64,000 nt of DNA. Origin: an uncultured bacterium. GTDB lineage: Bacteria; Babelota; Babeliae; Babelales; Vermiphilaceae. Position 1 is the stretch's first letter. Every line of letters starts with the position of its first letter. The notes beneath the pieces are model-generated. The model was given only the letters and a program-made list of their open reading frames with translations. It was not told the DNA's origin and did not search any database. Below are positions 58,558-64,000 of the stretch, in pieces. The DNA is taken from assembly GCA_963702025.1 (NCBI GenBank), contig OY969699.1, forward strand, positions 320,001 to 384,000, given 5' to 3'. The position numbers were made by a program, and so were the translations under genes.

Positions 58558-59086
58558 ATGATTCTTATTGACCATAAAAAAAAGCGACTCAAACTAATGG
58601 TTGGTTTTCTGGGGGTACTTTTTGGCATCGCTTTTGCAGGCATCATCTATTATTGGAACCATGAAACCTATGTTAGTTCTTCGTTACTCAAATTGCCTTA
58701 TGGGCTCAATTTATTGCGCTTTCCCATTTCAATGCTATGGATAAGTATATTCCTTTTTATGCTTTGGATGGGCGCTTTTTGTTATAGGAAGAATGCTGTA
58801 TCATAATAAACCGGTCGCTACTCTCTATGAGCATGGCATTGTAATAGATGGTTTTGAGATGATACCGTGGCACGGTATTGAGAAAGCAATTATAAGCTCT
58901 GTTAAGGGGCAAGAATTTGTGGAAATTCGTTTAAAAGATTTTCTTTCCTATAAAAATCGGTTATCGTGGCGCAAGAAAATATTAGTGGCCTTGAATTCAT
59001 TGGTAGGTGATTATCACGTGACACTTCCTCAAAGATTGACCATGAGCAATCAAGAGATACTTAAAGAAATTTCAGATCGCCTATAG
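58558..59086 (+). pseudogene. Two-TM plus PH-like membrane protein split by a probable 1-nt frameshift
   Basis: Overlapping ORFs 58558-58806 and 58793-59086. Removing one base near 58770 yields continuous ..WMALFVIGRMLYHNKPV..GIVID..IPW..I. Confidence 0.55.
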
Positions 59087-59103
59087 CAAACGAAATAGTC
59101 TAC

Positions 59104-61665
59104 TCACTCGATTACAATTTTTTTATCTTGGTAGTGTAGTGAAATGTTCTTTTCTTCCGGATGCTTAAGCAGATGCTGCGAAATCGGCACCATAACTTGT
59201 TGCTGAATTACTCGTTTTAATGGGCGCGCGCCAAATTCGGGCGAATAACCTTCTTGCGCAAGATGAGCAATCACCTCATCATCAATTGAGAGCGTAATAT
59301 GTTTTTCCAACAAGCGGTTTTTAAGCGCGTTAAGTTGTATCACGGTGATTTTTTCAACATCTTTTTGCGCGAGCTTTTTAAAGAAGACAACTGCATCAAT
59401 ACGATTTAAAAATTCCGGGCGGAATGATTTTTGCAGCAACTGTTCAATCTGATCTTTTATTTTGTCAGTGAGTTCTTTTGCTTCTAAAATAAGTGGCGAT
59501 CCGATATTAGAGGTCATGATGATAATCGTATTTTTAAATGAAACAGTACGGCCCTGGCTATCGGTGAGGTGCCCTTCATCAAGAATCTGCAAAAAAATGT
59601 TGAAAACATCCGGATGTGCTTTTTCAATTTCATCAAATAAAATAACCGAATATGGATTGCGGCGCACTTGCTCAGTGAGTTGTCCGCCCTCTTCATAGCC
59701 AACATATCCCGGAGGAGCGCCGATCAGGCGCGCAACCGCGTGCTTTTCCATATATTCAGACATATCAATACGGATCATTTTATTTGGATCATTAAATAAA
59801 AAGTCTGCCAGTGTTTTGGCAACTTCTGTTTTGCCAACGCCCGTAGGGCCCAAAAATAAAAATGAACCGATTGGTTTATTCGGGTCAGTAAGGCCCGCGC
59901 GATGCATTTGCACCGCATGGGAAATTTTCTCAATTGCTTCCTCTTGGCCGATCACGCGCATGCCGAGCGTTTCTTCCATGACCAATAATTTTTCCGATTC
60001 GCTCTTTTTAAGTTTGGCCACCGGAATTTTGGTCCAGCGAGAAAGCACCATTGCCACATCATCTTCATCAACTTGTTGCTTAATAAGATGAGTGTCCAGT
60101 TTTTTAAGTTTTTCTTGTTCTTTTGCCACTTCAGCTTCCAGCTTTGCAATTTTGCCATATTTAATTTCAGATGCTTTGGCATAATCGCCATCTCGCTCGG
60201 CAGCTGCAAATTGGAGCTTTGCCGCTTCAATATCATCTTTTAATTTATTGATACGCTCGAGTGGTGCTTTTTCAGCTTTCCAGGTTGCTTGCAGCTTTTT
60301 GTGTTCTTCTTTAATGTTGGCAAGTTCTTGTTCCAGTTCCGCGAGCCGTTTTTTGGCAACCGGATCCTCTTTTTCTTTGGCAAGGGCAACTTTTTCAATC
60401 TCTAATTGTCTGATTTTACGTTCTAATTTATCAATTGATTCAGGCTGCGAATTGATTGACATTTTAATCATTGATGCTGCTTCATCAATTAAATCGATTG
60501 CTTTATCAGGCAAAAAACGGTCAGGAATATATTTTGATGAGAGTAGTACCGCATCAACCAATGCTTGATCCTTAATGCGGATGCCGTGATGGAGTTCATA
60601 ACGATCTTTTAAGCCGCGCATAATAGAAATTGCATCTTCAATTGTTGGCTCTTCCACCAATACTTGCTGAAAGCGGCGTTCGAGTGCTGCATCTTTTTCA
60701 ATATATTTTTTATATTCTTTGAGAGTTGTGGCGCCGATGCAATGAAGTGTGCCACGCGCAAGGGCCGGCTTTAAGAGATTTGAGGCATCCATGCCGCCGC
60801 CATGAGATCCGGCTCCCACGAGCATGTGCAACTCATCAATAAAAAGAATGATGTCATCTTTACCATCTTCAATTTCTTTGAGCACCCCTTTTAGGCGCTC
60901 TTCAAATTCGCCCTGATATTTGGCACCGGCGATTAAAAGTCCCAAATCAAGGGCGTAGAGTTGTTTATTTTTTAAACTTTCAGGGACGTCATTGTTTACT
61001 ATTCGTTGGGCAATTCCTTCAACAATCGCAGTTTTGCCGACGCCCGGTTCGCCGATAAGCACCGGATTATTTTTGGTGCGACGCGATAAAATTTGTACCA
61101 CGCGCCGAATCTCTTCGTGACGACCAATAACCGGATCAAGTTTGCCATCACGGGCCTGTTTGGTGATATTAACACAATATTTTTCTAAGATTTGGTATTG
61201 TTTTTCTGCGTTTTGTGAATTCACGGTTTTGCCCTTTCGGATCTCTTGCATGTGTTCAAGCACTCTGCTTTTAGTAAACCGATATTGTGCAAAAAAGTCA
61301 CGAATTGATTGTAGTAAAAAGTGCCCTTGAGCCCATTGTAATAAAAATGTTTCCACGCTGATGTAGGTATCACCCAGCTCATGCGCCTGCTTTTGGCAAT
61401 TATTTAATAGTTCTTCAAAATTATGATCGATAGTGAGTTGAGTGCCTTGTGCGCGTGGCAACCGATCAAGCTCTTGTTTAGTTAACTGCTCAAGCTGATC
61501 AAGGGGAACGCCTAAACTAAAAAAGAATGAGCGGCAAAAATCATCATTAATGCTTGCGGCCAAGACATGCAACGGTGTTAAAGTGGGATTATTTTTTTCT
61601 TGCGCCAGCGCCGCTGCTTTTTGAATTAGTTCTTGGCTGGCATGAGTGAATTGTTCAAGTTTCAT
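59104..61665 (-). CDS. clpB: ATP-dependent chaperone ClpB
   Basis: [17 protein letters not shown], middle coiled-coil domain, [28 protein letters not shown]. Confidence 0.97.
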   Translation of the reverse strand: MKLEQFTHASQELIQKAAALAQEKNNPTLTPLHVLAASINDDFCRSFFFSLGVPLDQLEQLTKQELDRLPRAQGTQLTIDHNFEELLNNCQKQAHELGDTYISVETFLLQWAQGHFLLQSIRDFFAQYRFTKSRVLEHMQEIRKGKTVNSQNAEKQYQILEKYCVNITKQARDGKLDPVIGRHEEIRRVVQILSRRTKNNPVLIGEPGVGKTAIVEGIAQRIVNNDVPESLKNKQLYALDLGLLIAGAKYQGEFEERLKGVLKEIEDGKDDIILFIDELHMLVGAGSHGGGMDASNLLKPALARGTLHCIGATTLKEYKKYIEKDAALERRFQQVLVEEPTIEDAISIMRGLKDRYELHHGIRIKDQALVDAVLLSSKYIPDRFLPDKAIDLIDEAASMIKMSINSQPESIDKLERKIRQLEIEKVALAKEKEDPVAKKRLAELEQELANIKEEHKKLQATWKAEKAPLERINKLKDDIEAAKLQFAAAERDGDYAKASEIKYGKIAKLEAEVAKEQEKLKKLDTHLIKQQVDEDDVAMVLSRWTKIPVAKLKKSESEKLLVMEETLGMRVIGQEEAIEKISHAVQMHRAGLTDPNKPIGSFLFLGPTGVGKTEVAKTLADFLFNDPNKMIRIDMSEYMEKHAVARLIGAPPGYVGYEEGGQLTEQVRRNPYSVILFDEIEKAHPDVFNIFLQILDEGHLTDSQGRTVSFKNTIIIMTSNIGSPLILEAKELTDKIKDQIEQLLQKSFRPEFLNRIDAVVFFKKLAQKDVEKITVIQLNALKNRLLEKHITLSIDDEVIAHLAQEGYSPEFGARPLKRVIQQQVMVPISQHLLKHPEEKNISLHYQDKKIVIE

Positions 61666-61667
61666 AA

Positions 61668-62135
61668 CTACACACTTTCTTTAAGGCGATATTTCTTAGC
61701 ACAATCATATTTTTCTAAGTATTCTTTGAGCAAAGGGGCTATTTCCTGATTTTCCGCGCATAAATCATTCGCTGTTTTGTTATTATTATTTTCGAAAAGA
61801 AAGATAAAGGTACGTTCGAGTGCAAATTGCTTTATTTCTTTGTTGTTTTTGTTCTCAATTGCTTTATGCAATAATTCAATATCTTTTTTGATTTGTTGTG
61901 CCGTTAACTTGCAAGCATGCAAGCAGATGTGGCTTTTCCAGTTGATAGGAAGATCGTAACGTTCAGGTTCATCTTCTCGAGGATTGTTAATATCTATCTC
62001 ACGTTGATTAATAAAATAATTGAGAGCTTTGAGGCTATAATCTGGTGAAATTCGGCAAACAATATGGATCTCTTCGGGTTTCATGCCGAAGGAAGAGCCG
62101 CTCAGAAAAATGAGGCTTATTATAATTTTCTTCAT
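61668..62135 (-). CDS. Hypothetical secreted protein (degenerate ankyrin-like end)
   Basis: Signal peptide ending SFG-MK; NNNKTANDLC..IAPLL. Confidence 0.65.
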   Translation of the reverse strand: MKKIIISLIFLSGSSFGMKPEEIHIVCRISPDYSLKALNYFINQREIDINNPREDEPERYDLPINWKSHICLHACKLTAQQIKKDIELLHKAIENKNNKEIKQFALERTFIFLFENNNNKTANDLCAENQEIAPLLKEYLEKYDCAKKYRLKESV

Positions 62136-62202
62136 AAAAAACTTTCTTATATTATGATTGTTTCAATTATTCACCCGCAATTGTAATAAGGATAAAAGAA
62201 AA

Positions 62203-62610
62203 ATGAAAAGAGTTTTTTTGCCCATTACTTTTTTTATGGTTATAGCTTTTTCTAATCATCTACCAGCAATAGAGATTACCTCTCTAGCAGATACAAAAAC
62301 TTCCACAATCGATAGGATTTTTATGGGTAGCGTTGGAACGCTCAGTGGCATTTGTTTTGGCAATCAATTGTATCAGCTATTGATGACTGATCAGTGTACC
62401 GTATCGTCCTGTGGCGCTCTGCTCGCCGTAACCATTTCAGGATTCACATTAGCTGGTTTGATGTATAAGGCGGCAATCCCTGAACCTGGCGCTTCTTATG
62501 CCCATGAACAAATCAGGAACCTGGAAGAACGGAAAAAAACCTCATTTCAGGTCAATAATACCTGTTTAGGTTCAATTCAACTCCTTTTTTACTCCTTGTT
62601 TTTTCTGTAG
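62203..62610 (+). CDS. Hypothetical secreted/membrane protein
   Basis: Signal peptide MKRVFL..; two hydrophobic segments. Confidence 0.55.
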   Translation: MKRVFLPITFFMVIAFSNHLPAIEITSLADTKTSTIDRIFMGSVGTLSGICFGNQLYQLLMTDQCTVSSCGALLAVTISGFTLAGLMYKAAIPEPGASYAHEQIRNLEERKKTSFQVNNTCLGSIQLLFYSLFFL

Positions 62611-62665
62611 ATATATGTATATTTGTAATTAAATAGACAAATTATACTGTATTAAGGAGGTTCAA

Positions 62666-63529
62666 ATGTTGATTAGTAACAGATTATTTCAGGTATTGTT
62701 AGGCGTTTTATGGGTAATAAACGCCTTAGGCATGGAGATGCCACAAGCTCAAACCCTTCTTGAAGCTCTTAAAAAAAACGATGTTAATGAATTAAGGGCC
62801 CTTATTAGAAAGGGTGAAAAAATACAAAAATGGCAACTTCCAAGTCTGCTTGCTCTTCCCAAAGAATCGTGGGTTGAATCTATGCCTCTTTTGATGACTG
62901 AGTGCCCTATTGAGATTGAGCAGGAGATAGATAAAGGGGTAAAATCACTTAAAGAGCTTGTTAAAAATTTTATTCTCAAAAATAAAATCTCTCCATCTCC
63001 CAAGAATATTCCTAACGAAGTTTTACTTTTAATAATGAAGCAGGCTGATCAAGATTGCCCTGATCACCTTAAAATCTTGCAACAAATGATGGAAGATGGT
63101 CGTAGTAATAAGAATAATAATATTTGCTCTGTTGCGACGAATTTAGTAAATACCGTAACAATTCCTAAAGCCAAGGAACTTATTCTTATGATGGCAGAGT
63201 ATGTGCCGGCTGAACAAAAACAGCTCTTGTTTGGACCCGCAAGTAAAAATATTCGCGTTGACTGGTGTACCTGTCTGGTATCGGAATTGATAAGTAAACT
63301 AGTTAATCGGCAAGTCGCGATCAGAAAATGCTATATCGATGAATTTAAGGTAGTTAATCAAAGAGCAACTCAGATTATTGATAGAAAAATAAGAGAACCG
63401 GATTTTATCATTCAACAGCGTGCATTTATTCCTAAGATCAATGATTCTGCGTATAATGCGGTTAAAGAAAGTTCGAGTACGTGCCATCAATTTTGTTTAA
63501 ACAACTTACTGGCGAAAATTAAGAGATAA
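62666..63529 (+). CDS. Secreted hypothetical protein with BC-box/SOCS-like motif
   Basis: AGGAGG SD; signal peptide then MEMP; VKSLKELVKNFI...IPNEVLLLI. Confidence 0.7.
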   Translation: MLISNRLFQVLLGVLWVINALGMEMPQAQTLLEALKKNDVNELRALIRKGEKIQKWQLPSLLALPKESWVESMPLLMTECPIEIEQEIDKGVKSLKELVKNFILKNKISPSPKNIPNEVLLLIMKQADQDCPDHLKILQQMMEDGRSNKNNNICSVATNLVNTVTIPKAKELILMMAEYVPAEQKQLLFGPASKNIRVDWCTCLVSELISKLVNRQVAIRKCYIDEFKVVNQRATQIIDRKIREPDFIIQQRAFIPKINDSAYNAVKESSSTCHQFCLNNLLAKIKR

Positions 63530-63543
63530 ATGGAGGAAAAATA

Positions 63544-64000
63544 ATGAAACGAATTTTATTAGGCCTTGCGCTATTGATTGGTGCTCCCTTTCAAGCATTC
63601 GGTATGGAGATGCCGTCCAAGCCTACGATTAATAAGTCTTTGCTTGATAACGATCATGATTCTTTTTTTAAAATTATTGAGGATAGTGAATCTATAGAAA
63701 GTGCAGAATTTTTAGATCTACTTTTCAACGTGCGAGTTCAAAAAGTTCATCCCTACTTATGGGTTATTTGTGGTCACAGAATTTTAACGGAGTGCCCATT
63801 GTTATCGCCAGAAAAAACAAAGCAAGATTCACTAGATCAGGAAGAGCCAAAAGCTCTTACGCTCACAGAATTAGCGCTCAATAGCTGTATCAAAAACAAA
63901 AAGCTTATTTTTGATGAAAACTGCATTTCCGGAACCATTGCAAAAAAAGTGGGTTATATAAAAAAAACAGGTGAAGAAGTTGTATGCAATCAAAAAATAA
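63544..64000 (+). CDS. Secreted paralog of 62666-63529 (3' truncated by window edge)
   Basis: My translation: MKRILLGLALLIGAPFQAFG-MEMP...ILTECP...LTLTELALNSCIKNK; frame open to the end of the window. Confidence 0.7.
   Translation, partial: MKRILLGLALLIGAPFQAFGMEMPSKPTINKSLLDNDHDSFFKIIEDSESIESAEFLDLLFNVRVQKVHPYLWVICGHRILTECPLLSPEKTKQDSLDQEEPKALTLTELALNSCIKNKKLIFDENCISGTIAKKVGYIKKTGEEVVCNQKI

Noticed and set aside
61665..62200. CIRCE/HrcA operator for clpB
   Set aside because: No TTAGCACTC-N9-GAGTGCTAA match found upstream.

Overview
AT-rich bacterial chromosomal segment that looks like a host-associated, probably protist-infecting, organism. The abundant signal-peptide orphans, ankyrin/LRR/F-box-like proteins, T2SS and divergent glycolytic enzymes are consistent with Candidatus Dependentiae/Babeliae (TM6); this is inferred from gene content only. 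Housekeeping genes include rne/rng, gatB, a DEAD-box helicase, phrB, a mutY-like glycosylase, two M16 peptidases, comEC, udg, nusA, infB, nfo, aspS, eno, dcd, secG, tpiA and clpB. The likely replication origin lies at ~30.0-30.35 kb, between udg and nusA, with no dnaA in the window. It has two mirror-image arrays of DnaA boxes plus a box/GC/DnaA-trio unwinding module. Other notable elements are a two-secretin T2SS cluster, an AbrB-Doc toxin-antitoxin pair with a frameshifted toxin, a family of REP-like palindromes with covarying stems, a switch-like structured leader on the DEAD-box helicase, and a large signal-peptide-bearing dikinase-like protein. A 40.1-43.6 kb island encodes secreted Gly/Ala-rich membrane-active candidates, including an RGxGG-motif precursor with two translationally coupled small membrane proteins and a shared RBS-sequestering leader. 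Many secreted orphans place Met-Glu/Gln/Asn/Lys right after the signal peptide. No rRNA, tRNA, CRISPR array or transposase was recognised.
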